Of a stretch of 64,000 nt of DNA, positions 19,048 to 29,010 are shown piece by piece. The stretch spans positions 13,408-77,407 of the forward strand of contig CAZMQX010000001.1 of assembly GCA_964568745.1 (NCBI GenBank), written 5' to 3'. Within the stretch, counting starts at the first letter, position 1. Every line of letters starts with the position of its first letter. The stretch is from an uncultured Candidatus Saccharibacteria bacterium (GTDB lineage Bacteria > Patescibacteriota > Saccharimonadia > Saccharimonadales > Saccharimonadaceae). Below the pieces are notes generated by a model that was not told the DNA's origin, made no database searches, and worked only from the letters and a program-made list of their open reading frames with translations. Made by a program: the position numbers and the translations under genes.

Positions 19048-19855
19048 AATTTTTTCCTGGAATGTTAATGGTTTGCGCGCGGTAATTCGTAAAGGGGCCT
19101 TACAAAAATTCATCCAGGAATATCAGCCGGATATTTTGTGCCTGCAAGAGATTAAGGCGAAACCAGAGCAAGTGGAGTATGATTTTCCGGGATACAAGGT
19201 ATTTTGGAATCCAGCAGAGCGAGCTGGCTATAGCGGGACGGCTACATTAGTTAGGGAAGAATTATTATCATTGCTTTCCTCAGCTGACTTGTTCGCCAAA
19301 AATCAAGATAATTATGCTTCGGAAAGCAACGATAATAATTCTTTCAACATAGCTGTTGACGAAGGCAGGATTCTTACGCTTGACTTTGAAAAGTTTTATT
19401 TAGTAAATGTTTATGTGCCGAATTCGAAGCCGGATCTAGCGAGATTGAAATTGCGTGAGGCAGAGTGGGATCCGGAGCTGCTGCGGTACTTAAAAGAGCT
19501 AAAAAAGACCAAGCCGGTGGTGGTGTGTGGGGATTTTAATGCAGCGCATAATGAGATCGATATTGCGAGACCGAAGACCAATCATCATTCGGCGGGGTTT
19601 ACCGATGAAGAGAGAAAGGGAATCACAAATTACATTAAGGCTGGATTAGTCGATACCTTTCGCTATTTGCATCCAGGATCGGTCCATTATACCTGGTGGA
19701 GTCACTGGGGCCAAGCGCGAGCAAACAATATCGGCTGGCGGATCGATTATTTCTTTGTGTCTGAATCTCTTAAAAGTAAGCTAGTCTCAGCGGAAATTTA
19801 CGAAAACGTGATGGGATCGGATCACTGCCCGATTTCGATCGAGCTGGAGATCTAA
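19040..19855 (+). CDS. xth: Exodeoxyribonuclease III / AP endonuclease with an in-frame hairpin insertion
   Basis: SWNVNGLRA, LQEIK, GYSGTA, EGR, YVPNS, CGDFN, WRIDYF, SDHCP; start at ATG 19040. Confidence 0.93.
   Translation: MLKIFSWNVNGLRAVIRKGALQKFIQEYQPDILCLQEIKAKPEQVEYDFPGYKVFWNPAERAGYSGTATLVREELLSLLSSADLFAKNQDNYASESNDNNSFNIAVDEGRILTLDFEKFYLVNVYVPNSKPDLARLKLREAEWDPELLRYLKELKKTKPVVVCGDFNAAHNEIDIARPKTNHHSAGFTDEERKGITNYIKAGLVDTFRYLHPGSVHYTWWSHWGQARANNIGWRIDYFFVSESLKSKLVSAEIYENVMGSDHCPISIELEI
19255..19345. repeat. Palindromic element E3 (family B), in frame in xth
   Basis: 13-bp arm aagaattattatc/gataataattctt plus 9-bp ttgctttcc/ggaaagcaa separated by one mismatch; shares TCAGCTG(G)ACTTG and TTATGCTTC(A/G)GAAA with the priA element. 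Confidence 0.85.
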
Positions 19856-19857
19856 GT

Positions 19858-20637
19858 ATGGACTATTTTGAAAAAATTGAATCAAATCCATATAAAGACT
19901 TGATATGGAACTTGCCGGAGCAAAAGCAAGGGCTAGTTAATGTAGTTGGTGGTAGCGCGGGGAGTTTTCGCTCTGAGGTCAAGATCGCTGAGTACTTGAC
20001 AGAAAAGTATCCGGTGCATGAAGTGCGGGTAATAATGCCCGATTCGCTCAAGAACAAATTACCTGGCTTGCCCTTTTTTCATTTTTTGACATCAACGGAG
20101 TCAGGATCGTTTGCCGAAAGCCAAGAACTGGTCAATGTGTTTGATCGAGCCGATTTTAATTTGATGCTTGGCGATCTTTCAAAAAACAAGGTCACAGGAA
20201 AAGCCATATCGGATTCACTAAAAACGACTAGCCGCGAAACTCTGATTACGCGCGATACAATAGATTTAATCAATGATAATAACCCCGAACGAATACTAAT
20301 GAATGAGCAAATAATTCTAATGGCGTCACTCTCCCAGTTACAGAAGCTCCTAAGAGCGATCTATTACCCAAAGATGATTCTGATGTCACAATCGCTTGTC
20401 CAAGTGGCAGAGATATTGCACAAATTTACTTTGAGTTATCCGATCAAGATCGTCTCGCTTCATGACGGTCAAATCTTAGTCGCAAAAAATGGCTTAGTAA
20501 AGGCTGTGCCACTAGAAAAATCTGGCTACTCACCGATTTTGCTCTGGAGCGGGGAATTGGCTGCAAAAATTGTAGCAATAAATCTATACAATCCAAACGA
20601 TTTTATCGGTGCAACTATTTGTGCGATTTTTGATTAG
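19858..20637 (+). CDS. Divergent YjeF-C / carbohydrate-kinase-like protein
   Basis: K..GLVNVVGGS.GS start and C-terminal SGELAA resemble the NAD(P)HX dehydratase fold, but the catalytic motifs are degenerate. Confidence 0.5.
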   Translation: MDYFEKIESNPYKDLIWNLPEQKQGLVNVVGGSAGSFRSEVKIAEYLTEKYPVHEVRVIMPDSLKNKLPGLPFFHFLTSTESGSFAESQELVNVFDRADFNLMLGDLSKNKVTGKAISDSLKTTSRETLITRDTIDLINDNNPERILMNEQIILMASLSQLQKLLRAIYYPKMILMSQSLVQVAEILHKFTLSYPIKIVSLHDGQILVAKNGLVKAVPLEKSGYSPILLWSGELAAKIVAINLYNPNDFIGATICAIFD

Positions 20638-21268
20638 TTCTACTGGCTAACTTTTTTTCAATGTCTACCGCGTCGCGCGAAATATTGTGTCGGCGCTGTC
20701 GTAGGAAAAACCAAACGAAGACAAAGATGAGACAGCCAAAAATAAATAGGGAGTATTTGACTGGATCAGGCCAATTTGTCGCAAAGAGAATAATAGCATT
20801 GACAATGCCTAGAATTATGGTATAAATATATCTTCTAGCAAGAATGATCTTTTTTGCGAGTGGAAAATTACGCCGCGCGAGTGAATGTTTGGTGCAATCG
20901 TCGGGGTGACCTAGAATTTTGCCATAGACTAATAAATCTCCGCCTATAGCTGAAAGAAGATAATAAACAATAAAGATAAGTCCGACGACCCAATTGATTC
21001 TTAGGGTTAGAAAGAGCACTTGCGCGCCAGCGAGCGTAACGTCGGCCGCCATGTCAAATTTGGCGGCATATTTGCGGTATTTCGGTGTTTTGTCTTTGGG
21101 AAATGGCCATTTGCGTGCACAGGTGCCATCAAAAGCATCGGTAAGCTCAGCTATAATGAAGATAATAAAAGCCGCTTTGGGACCACCGCTATGCATCACA
21201 CAACCATAAAGCAAGGCGAGTGCCAGAATCAATCTAGATAAAGTTAATAAATCTGCTAGATATCTCAT
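20615..21268 (-). CDS. CDP-alcohol phosphatidyltransferase
   Basis: ADLLTLSRL and TDAFDGTCAR..G/A..D..AD signature; multiple TMs. Confidence 0.85.
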   Translation of the reverse strand: MRYLADLLTLSRLILALALLYGCVMHSGGPKAAFIIFIIAELTDAFDGTCARKWPFPKDKTPKYRKYAAKFDMAADVTLAGAQVLFLTLRINWVVGLIFIVYYLLSAIGGDLLVYGKILGHPDDCTKHSLARRNFPLAKKIILARRYIYTIILGIVNAIILFATNWPDPVKYSLFIFGCLIFVFVWFFLRQRRHNISRDAVDIEKKLASRTNQKSHK

Positions 21269-22500
21269 GCTTTCATTATAGCAGAATTAAATATCTTTTC
21301 TAATAATTTAATACGCTTAGAAATAAGTATCTCATCGCGGTGCGCAAGCATGACTTCAGACATCTTGGCGATGCAGTCTGGATGTTTGAAAATAGTATTC
21401 AAGGCTTTGGTCATTTCAGCGGGATTCTCGTTTTTGCTGATGATGTAGCTACCCTTAGGAATGACTTCTTTCATGTCTGGGTCACAGATAAATACCGGCA
21501 CCCCATGCGCTTCGGCTTCGATCAAAGTCATGCCGAAAGTATCGAAATTGTATGACACAAGTACGTCCAACTGAGAAGAAGCGATGGCGGACTGGACTCT
21601 TTCAAAAGCGGTGTTACCATGAAAGGTGACATTCATGTGGTGGCACTTGGCATAACGTTTGGCTCGAAAATAATCTCCGCCGCCGCCATAAACATCTAAG
21701 TGGTACTTACCATTGACTTTGGATAATGCTCTTAGGAAAGGCATCATGCGCTTTTCGGCGGAAACGCGAGAATGCCAGATAATCTTAAGTTCACCATCTT
21801 TTGCTAATGATTTAAGACTAACTTTATCTGGGAATTTGTCGTCGGGATAGCCATTTGGGAAAACTTTGATGGGGCTAACCACGCCGTAACGAATCAGTTT
21901 TTCACGGAAATGCTCTGAGGGCGTGAGTACCAAATCGGCAGCATTGGCATGACGCACCATTAATTCCCACATTTTAGCCTTGGCTAGACTGTCGGCATAG
22001 TAGTCGTCACGCTTGACTCTGGTTGAAGAAGACAAATACCAAGAATGAAACCAATTAATAAGAATAGCTACAATGGTGCGAAATCCTCTAGGTATAAGAT
22101 TGGTTTCACCCATATCCTCGCGCCCGTGCATGACTTGGATAGTCGGAATACCAAGTTTGCGGCCGAGGCGCAAGGCCGCGATTGAACAACCCGATTCGTA
22201 GTGCACATAGAAAATGTCGAATTCTTTGAGTTCGGGGTGTTTTTCTAGGAGCCATTTTTCGACGATGCCGGGGCGCCGAGACACGGGAGTCAGCCCGCGA
22301 AAGAATAGTTTGCAACTCGGGACTTGATAGATTTGTTTTTGGGCGAGATCTCTACGCTCAGATTCAGAGCGCGGGAAGCCGGTGCTAAAGATTAGTACTT
22401 CGTGGCCATCGTTCTCAAGGGCGGTTTTTTGGGCATTTATGGAGCTGACGATGCCGCCAGTTAAGTCTAAGTAGCAGTCTGAGAAAAATGCAACCTTCAT
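21265..22500 (-). CDS. GT4-family glycosyltransferase (glycolipid synthase-like)
   Basis: MKVAFFSDCY...GGIVSS, TPS, SRVSAEK, FDTFGMTLIEA. Confidence 0.85.
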   Translation of the reverse strand: MKVAFFSDCYLDLTGGIVSSINAQKTALENDGHEVLIFSTGFPRSESERRDLAQKQIYQVPSCKLFFRGLTPVSRRPGIVEKWLLEKHPELKEFDIFYVHYESGCSIAALRLGRKLGIPTIQVMHGREDMGETNLIPRGFRTIVAILINWFHSWYLSSSTRVKRDDYYADSLAKAKMWELMVRHANAADLVLTPSEHFREKLIRYGVVSPIKVFPNGYPDDKFPDKVSLKSLAKDGELKIIWHSRVSAEKRMMPFLRALSKVNGKYHLDVYGGGGDYFRAKRYAKCHHMNVTFHGNTAFERVQSAIASSQLDVLVSYNFDTFGMTLIEAEAHGVPVFICDPDMKEVIPKGSYIISKNENPAEMTKALNTIFKHPDCIAKMSEVMLAHRDEILISKRIKLLEKIFNSAIMKA

Positions 22501-22550
22501 ATCTTTATTTTACCACGTAGTGTGGTATAATCGAAACATTAACAATTATA

Positions 22551-22641
22551 ATATCGAGAAGGAGTGAGGGAACGGCCCTTTGAGCTCCTGCCAACCTACC
22601 GTTTTGGCAAGGTGGTAAATCCGACCAGAAAGGAAAGATAT
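22551..22641 (+). promoter_or_regulatory. SAM-I riboswitch (translational type)
   Basis: ATCGAGA-AGGAG-TGAGGGAACGGCCC-TTTGA-GCTCC-T-GCCAACC...AGGTGGTAAATCC...AAGAT matches the SAM-I core; P1 atatc/gatat overlaps the metK ATG; extended -10 TGGTATAAT at 22523-31. Confidence 0.88.
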
Positions 22642-23605
22642 GTTCTATAGAACTGCGGAGAGCGTTTCTCCGAAACACCCAGACAAATTGTGTGACCGAA
22701 TCTCTGACGCGATTTTGGACGCTTATTTTGAAAAAGATCCAAATGCTCGCGTAGCAGCTGAGACTTGTGGTGGACACGGCGTAGTCTTTGTGACTGGTGA
22801 AATCACGTCGACGGCTGACGATATCGATATCCCAGCGATAGTCCACAGAATCGCAGGTGACGATATTGAAGTTCATACCAAGATAGTAAAACAATCGCCC
22901 GAAATCGCTCAAGGCGTAGATACTGGTGGAGCCGGTGACCAGGGAATCATGATCGGTTTTGCCTGTGATGAAACACCAGAAATGCTACCACGCGAAGTGG
23001 TGCTAGCGAGACGACTCAACCAATACATCTATGACAAACATGCTTATGATGGCAAGACACAAATTACTTTGGCACCAGACGGCTCGGTGGATTCTATCGT
23101 GGCTAGTTTTCAGAATGTACCGCACGACGAACTAGAAAAAATCGTACGAGAATTCATTAAGGAACACAAACTTGAGGGTAAATTAGAACTCCATATTAAT
23201 CCGGCAGGAGATTGGAACCAAGGCGGTTTTGACGCTGATACCGGCTTGACTGGTCGTAAACTGATTGTAGATAATTATGGGCCACGCGTGGCGATCGGTG
23301 GTGGCTGTTATTCTGGCAAAGATCCATCAAAGGTTGACCGTTCGGCTGCCTATATGGCACGTCGAATTGCGGTAGATTACCTAAGGAAGCGTAAAGCTCA
23401 TGAGGTGTTGGTGCGACTAGCCTATGCGATCGGCTACGCCGAGCCGCTCGAAAAGACCGTGATCATTGATGGCAAGCCTGAGGAGATCGAGGGCTATGAT
23501 CTCACACCGAATGGCATCATCAAATACCTAGACCTCAAGCGGCCGATTTATGAGGAGACTGCTTGCTATGGACATTATGGCGAAGGATTCGACTGGGACC
23601 GCTAG
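22640..23605 (+). CDS. metK: S-adenosylmethionine synthetase (compact)
   Basis: ESVSPKHPDK.CD.ISD, GAGDQG, GLTGRK.IVD.YG, GGG..SGKD..KVDRS. Confidence 0.96.
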   Translation: MFYRTAESVSPKHPDKLCDRISDAILDAYFEKDPNARVAAETCGGHGVVFVTGEITSTADDIDIPAIVHRIAGDDIEVHTKIVKQSPEIAQGVDTGGAGDQGIMIGFACDETPEMLPREVVLARRLNQYIYDKHAYDGKTQITLAPDGSVDSIVASFQNVPHDELEKIVREFIKEHKLEGKLELHINPAGDWNQGGFDADTGLTGRKLIVDNYGPRVAIGGGCYSGKDPSKVDRSAAYMARRIAVDYLRKRKAHEVLVRLAYAIGYAEPLEKTVIIDGKPEEIEGYDLTPNGIIKYLDLKRPIYEETACYGHYGEGFDWDR

Positions 23606-24953
23606 AAAATATATCGCGATTGATTTAAAGTCATTTTATGCTTCGGTAGAGTGCGTGGAGCGTGGGCTGGATCCTCTGGAGGCTCGGTTAGTGGTAGCCG
23701 ACGTTTCACGCACCGAAAAAACAATTTGTCTTGCTGTGTCGCCCGCCTTGAAAGCCCTAGGCATTTCAGGACGAGCGCGACTTTTTGAGGTGTACCAAAA
23801 GGCAAGGGATTTTATTATCGCACCGCCTCGTATGCAAAAATATATTGAGGTGAGCCAGCGAATTTTTAGGATCTATGCTTCTTTTGTCGCGACAGAAGAC
23901 ATTCATGTTTATTCTATTGACGAAGTATTTATTGATGCGACTTCATATCTTAAAAATTACAAAATGACCGCACGTGAACTTGCGATGACAATGATCAAAA
24001 AAGTACTTGCCGAAACCGGAATTACAGCCACAGCCGGCATAGGCTCAAATCTGTATCTCGCCAAAATTGCGATGGATATTGAAGCGAAGCGCATGCGACC
24101 AGATGAGGACGGCGTAAGAATCGCTGAACTAGACGAAAAATCTTATCGAAGGAAATTGTGGGCGCATCAACCTTTGACAGATTTTTGGCGAGTGGGTGCC
24201 GGCTATGCCAGGAGACTAAAAAAGTACGGGATTAGTACGATGGGGGACTTAGCGCGCTTTTCGCTTGCTGGTTCGGATAAGCTGTATCACGAATTTGGCG
24301 TCAATGCAGAACTTCTGATCGACCACGCTTGGGGGTATGAGCCCACGACCATGACAGACATCAAGGCATATCGGTCAGAAAACCACAGTTTGTCGAGCGG
24401 GCAAGTACTATCTCAGCCCTATAGTTCCAGTCGAGCAAGAATAGTGATCGCAGAGATGGCGGACGAACTGGCCCTAAAGCTCGTCCGCGACGAGCTGATG
24501 ACCGATCAGATTGCGCTAACACTCGGACACGACAAGACTAACCTCAAAAATTATCACGGTAAAGTGGTGTCAGACCACTATGGTCGCATGGTCCCAGCTC
24601 ACGCTCACGGGACGATCAACTTGCCTAGTTTTACTTCTGCGTCCAATCAAATCACGACAAAGACTTTGGAATTGTTTGATAAAATCGTAGATCCGGATCT
24701 TTTGATACGCCGAATGTACATTGTGGCAAACCATGTTAGACCAGCTTCCCTAAAAAAGCAAGCGCAGCAATTAAATATATTTACTGATTACGAAAAACTG
24801 GCAGAAGATATTGCCCGCGAGAAGCGTCGTGCCAAGGCCATCCTCAAGATCAAAGATCGCTATGGCAAGAATGCGATTTTGAAAGGAGTTAATTTTGAGG
24901 AAGGCGCAACCCAAATCAAACGTAACCGACAAATTGGGGGACATCAAGCATGA
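23568..24953 (+). CDS. Y-family error-prone DNA polymerase (UmuC/ImpB/MucB/SamB type)
   Basis: YIAIDLKSFYASVEC, YSIDEVFID, TATAGIG.NLYLAKIAMD, DFWRVG; start overlaps the metK 3' end. Confidence 0.9.
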   Translation: MDIMAKDSTGTARKYIAIDLKSFYASVECVERGLDPLEARLVVADVSRTEKTICLAVSPALKALGISGRARLFEVYQKARDFIIAPPRMQKYIEVSQRIFRIYASFVATEDIHVYSIDEVFIDATSYLKNYKMTARELAMTMIKKVLAETGITATAGIGSNLYLAKIAMDIEAKRMRPDEDGVRIAELDEKSYRRKLWAHQPLTDFWRVGAGYARRLKKYGISTMGDLARFSLAGSDKLYHEFGVNAELLIDHAWGYEPTTMTDIKAYRSENHSLSSGQVLSQPYSSSRARIVIAEMADELALKLVRDELMTDQIALTLGHDKTNLKNYHGKVVSDHYGRMVPAHAHGTINLPSFTSASNQITTKTLELFDKIVDPDLLIRRMYIVANHVRPASLKKQAQQLNIFTDYEKLAEDIAREKRRAKAILKIKDRYGKNAILKGVNFEEGATQIKRNRQIGGHQA

Positions 24954-25144
24954 AATTTGAGAATAGTGACTATAATGACATCATCGATCTGCCGCATTTT
25001 CATGATCCGGCAAGACCATACATGTCCCGAAAAAAGCGTGCCGCGCAGTTCGCGCCATTCAAATCACTTGGTGGCTATCACGAATCAATTGATGACGTAG
25101 CTGATGAGGTTAACGACGTGGTTTGGGAGGATATTGAACGATGA
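24950..25144 (+). CDS. YolD-like partner of the Y-family polymerase (short)
   Basis: YNDIIDLPH...MS...RAAQFAPF, typical of proteins following Firmicutes-type umuC; ATGA overlap. Confidence 0.7.
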   Translation: MKFENSDYNDIIDLPHFHDPARPYMSRKKRAAQFAPFKSLGGYHESIDDVADEVNDVVWEDIER

Positions 25145-25191
25145 TCCTAAATTAAATAAAAAATGATCTTGGTCGCCTGCCAAGATTTTTT

Positions 25192-25278
25192 TGGTGGGCA
25201 AAGAGGGACTTGAACCCTCACAGTGTTGCCACTAGCAGATTTTGAGTCTACCGCGTCTACCAGTTCCGCCATTCGCCC
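25192..25278 (-). tRNA. tRNA-Leu (CAA)
   Basis: GGGCGAA acceptor, TGGTAGA D-loop, anticodon stem gtaga-CT CAA AA-tctgc, long variable arm, GGTTCAAGTCC, encoded CCA. Confidence 0.96.
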
Positions 25279-25325
25279 GTGGCTTAATTATATCATAAAT
25301 CTCCAAGTTATGCTATAATTAGACT

Positions 25326-26528
25326 ATGGATTCGACTAATGGTGGGCAACTTCAGACTGATCTACAGAGACAGGCCGCGGCTGCTTTAGCACGCAAGAAA
25401 GTGCTCGCAGCTTATTCTGATGCTAACAGAAATACTGCTTACGCTGCGGAGCCTGGTGTTGACAATTCTCGCATGAAAGATGAGCCAGTCACGCAAAAGA
25501 TTAATTCCGAATCGTGGAAAAAATATCACTCTGCTTGGCAAGATTATTACCAAAAATACTATAGCGAGTATTATTCCAGAGCAGCTAAAGACTATGTAGC
25601 AAAGGAAAGGTTAAAAGACGCTCGTGCTAAGGCCGAAGAGGAAGAGATCCTAGATTCGCTAACACGTTCAAGCGCAAAGCTCGGCAAGAATCCTGGTATG
25701 TCACTAGGAGCAAATTCCACCAACGCTGAAAATCTTAATGAGGATAACGTCAAGAATACTATACGACGGGTAATCCGCAAAAAAGCGACCGAAAGTGCCA
25801 AAAATACTAGACGCAAACGCCATCTGATACCAGTGCTAGCTGGGCTCGCCGTCGTACTTTTTATTTTGTTCTTGCAATATAATCGCCTGATCTTTGCGCC
25901 GATTATGGCCTATGTATCTCCAGGCGATACTCCAGCACAGGAAATAGACGCCGTTGACCCAACGATATCGCAGGCAGTTTCGCCAGACCCAAGGTTGATT
26001 ATTCCTAAAATCAATGTTGATGTACCGATACATTTCGGCATCTCGCTTTCAGAGGTAATGTCGGCGATGAATAATGGTGTAGCGCATTACCGAATTGCTG
26101 GAGCGAGCTCGTATCCAGGCGAAATCGGCAATACGGTAATCACCGGTCATTCTGCAGGAGATATATATAGTTCGAACCCATATAAATATATCTTTTCTGG
26201 TCTGGAACGCCTTGAAGATGGCGATTTAATCTATATCAATTATAATTCCGTACGTTATACTTACCGAGTAGTAAAAAAAGAAGTAGTGGATCCATCCAAT
26301 GTTGCAGCCCTGGTTGTAAACACCGACAAACCACTTTTAACATTGGTGACTTGCACTCCACTGGGGACTTCTAGATATCGCCTATTAGTGACGGCAGAAC
26401 AAATTTCGCCAAGCGTAGAGACCGCTGAAGAGGCGGAGCAATTTACCCCCATAGACGATTCGGAGAATTTGCCTTCAAATGAACCTTCGTTCTTTGAAGG
26501 GATATGGGGATTCTTGACTGGTCAGTAA
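25326..26528 (+). CDS. Sortase with a long N-terminal cytoplasmic extension
   Basis: TM helix, then GVAHY, ITGHS, TLVTCTP.G...R catalytic His/Cys/Arg. Confidence 0.9.
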   Translation: MDSTNGGQLQTDLQRQAAAALARKKVLAAYSDANRNTAYAAEPGVDNSRMKDEPVTQKINSESWKKYHSAWQDYYQKYYSEYYSRAAKDYVAKERLKDARAKAEEEEILDSLTRSSAKLGKNPGMSLGANSTNAENLNEDNVKNTIRRVIRKKATESAKNTRRKRHLIPVLAGLAVVLFILFLQYNRLIFAPIMAYVSPGDTPAQEIDAVDPTISQAVSPDPRLIIPKINVDVPIHFGISLSEVMSAMNNGVAHYRIAGASSYPGEIGNTVITGHSAGDIYSSNPYKYIFSGLERLEDGDLIYINYNSVRYTYRVVKKEVVDPSNVAALVVNTDKPLLTLVTCTPLGTSRYRLLVTAEQISPSVETAEEAEQFTPIDDSENLPSNEPSFFEGIWGFLTGQ

Positions 26529-27941
26529 TCAGTGTTCAACAATCCATTCGCGCATTAGATAATCGTCGCTAAAATAATACAACCATTTATTATCAGTGAT
26601 GCCAACAGGGAAATGGTCAGAAACATTTTTGGCAATAACACGACGATTGTACCCGTCAAAATCATACACTACCAATTCTCCGTCGCGGACGGTGTAGATC
26701 ATGTCGTTGTCTATCCAGCCAAAAGTTTCTCCTTCAATCTCCCACTCACGGACAACACTCGCTTCAAGGTCGAGCGTGGCAATATGAGCACCTGCACTCA
26801 TAATAATATATTCACCGTCATGGCCAACTTCTGCTGCAGAAGGCGTAAAACTTAAATCATAGCTATCAATTTGAGTGAGATCATTTTGGCTATAGACAGA
26901 GATGGAAAATCCATCTAGCACAGCAATATATTTCTGATCATAAAATTTACCGATTAGAACCTTAGCCGCCTGGCTAGTGGTGGCGATATTGGTAATTTTA
27001 TCATCGTTTCCTACTTTGAGATAGCCAATGTAGTTTTTGGCTTGATCGCCGGTGCCCCTGCTAGCCGAAAAAACAATCTCGTTTTCATAATGATCAAAAC
27101 AATTGATGTTTTCGACCATAATTGACGAAAGTTGTCTAGTGGCCACGTTAATTCGATGTAGATTTCCGTTTTGTATTGCAAGGATATTGTTGGAATTATT
27201 GTCTAGAATTTGCATTTTGCTAAAATTCCCGCCGAATTCTTTTGTAAGGTTAATGCTCTGATCGGGATTCTTGACGTCTAGCAAAACCCATTCTGTAGTT
27301 TGATCGGATACAACTTGAAAAAGGATATGATTACCATCGGAGTCCCAATTCGCGGTTTTAATTTTGCCGGTGAAGAGACCGCTGGAAGCAGATTCTGTCA
27401 GGCTCACTGTGGAGAAAACCGTCGCGACATTGATGGATTTTGACTTTAATTCATTTGCAGTGAGATCTAGATATTGCCACTTAGTAGTATTATTGACAAA
27501 AAGAGCGGCATCGTGATCGGCATTCATTGTCGCGAATATTGTGCCAGTAGCATCATGCATTTTACTGGCAGTACGATCTTGCCAAAATAGTCTGGGGTAA
27601 TGAATACGATATAAAAGCCCCTCTTTGATATCAATAGTCTTAGACCAACTATCATATCCTTCTTTTGTGAGCGAAATAGTATGCTCGCCACTAGAAAGAA
27701 CTTTGGAGGTATTGGTGCGTTGCAACCAGGCAGTTTTGTCATCGATCGTTACATCTGCACCGGTGGGCACAGATGATATCTGCAACATACCTTGACGCTC
27801 AACCTTGAAATCAGAGTTCAGCCAATAACCAGATACGACAAAGGCCAACACCACTACAGTGATAATCACCGCAAGAACCATAACTGACTCGGAAATTATT
27901 ACCTTAAGATTCCGCCATCGTTTTGCTCTATCTCTATCCAT
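26529..27941 (-). CDS. PEGA-domain membrane-anchored protein (possible beta-propeller)
   Basis: N-terminal TM, GMLQISSVPTGADVTID...GEHTISLTKEGY.W.K PEGA pattern. Confidence 0.75.
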   Translation of the reverse strand: MDRDRAKRWRNLKVIISESVMVLAVIITVVVLAFVVSGYWLNSDFKVERQGMLQISSVPTGADVTIDDKTAWLQRTNTSKVLSSGEHTISLTKEGYDSWSKTIDIKEGLLYRIHYPRLFWQDRTASKMHDATGTIFATMNADHDAALFVNNTTKWQYLDLTANELKSKSINVATVFSTVSLTESASSGLFTGKIKTANWDSDGNHILFQVVSDQTTEWVLLDVKNPDQSINLTKEFGGNFSKMQILDNNSNNILAIQNGNLHRINVATRQLSSIMVENINCFDHYENEIVFSASRGTGDQAKNYIGYLKVGNDDKITNIATTSQAAKVLIGKFYDQKYIAVLDGFSISVYSQNDLTQIDSYDLSFTPSAAEVGHDGEYIIMSAGAHIATLDLEASVVREWEIEGETFGWIDNDMIYTVRDGELVVYDFDGYNRRVIAKNVSDHFPVGITDNKWLYYFSDDYLMREWIVEH

Positions 27942-28044
27942 AATATACTGTCATTATAACATACTAATCTGATTTTAGCTCGGTTTTAGCTCTTGCGTTT
28001 TAATAAAAAAATAGTAAAATGGTATTAGGATAAGTGAGGTAATA

Positions 28045-28977
28045 ATGCAAAAATCCAAAAATGATACTATGCCAAGCGTAGCGCGTCGCAGAACTATGAG
28101 TTCCACGACTCTAAACCGCAAATATGTCAAACGCCCGTCTAAGGCTCAGCAGAAAAAAGTCGAAGACATCGCAGTTAAAGTACGGCGAGTTGAGAAAAAA
28201 TCCGACGATAAGTCCATATCAAGCCCACGGATTTCGCATTTTGCTGATATTTCAGCAGCAAGCCCAGTAAACAAAGTGACCATGAATGAAATGATGGATA
28301 CCAAAGAGGAAGTAAAAAGCCACCCCCTACACGATGCGGCTAAAGCTAAAATGAAAAAACGCGTAGCAGACAATAGTGAATCCGCAGGCAATAGGGCAAC
28401 TGCTAGCGAAATAAAAGAACAGGCAATCCAAAAAGCACTACGCGAAGCTAACGCTTCGAACAAAATGACTTCGGACAAATCGGGTAGGAAATTGCGAGAC
28501 GCTCACAAATTGCATTTTGGTGTGGGCAAAGTCTTTTTGGCATTATCTTGCGCAGCTGTAGCAGTTTTTGCTATCGTGTATTTCGTCAATTTGAGCATGC
28601 CGGATATTTCACTTAAGGTTGCGGCCATGCAGACAGGGATCGATGCTTCTTATCCGAGTTATATCCCTAGAGGATATCGGATCTCTAGCATCACTTCTGA
28701 AAATGGAAAGGTGACACTAGAGTTCGTAAACGACGATGGAGAAGCATTTTCTATAGTGGAGGAAAGCTCATCTTGGGATTCTAATGCATTGATGACTAAT
28801 TATGTGAAAGAGTCTTTTGGAGATGACTGCAGTGTGATACGCGAACAGGGTCTCACTATCTATGCCAACAAAAATAACGCCGCTTGGGTAAATGGTGGGG
28901 TGGTATACAAACTAAAAGTTACTACTGGCTCTCTAACCAACAAACAAATTCGCTCTATCGCGGTCTCGATGCAATAA
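28045..28977 (+). CDS. Membrane protein with C-terminal DUF4367-like domain
   Basis: Basic disordered N-terminus, one TM, PSYIP.GY and AAWVNGGVVY motifs. Confidence 0.55.
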   Translation: MQKSKNDTMPSVARRRTMSSTTLNRKYVKRPSKAQQKKVEDIAVKVRRVEKKSDDKSISSPRISHFADISAASPVNKVTMNEMMDTKEEVKSHPLHDAAKAKMKKRVADNSESAGNRATASEIKEQAIQKALREANASNKMTSDKSGRKLRDAHKLHFGVGKVFLALSCAAVAVFAIVYFVNLSMPDISLKVAAMQTGIDASYPSYIPRGYRISSITSENGKVTLEFVNDDGEAFSIVEESSSWDSNALMTNYVKESFGDDCSVIREQGLTIYANKNNAAWVNGGVVYKLKVTTGSLTNKQIRSIAVSMQ

Positions 28978-29010
28978 TAGTCCGCCATTATTCCAATGAA
29001 GCTTGAAGCG

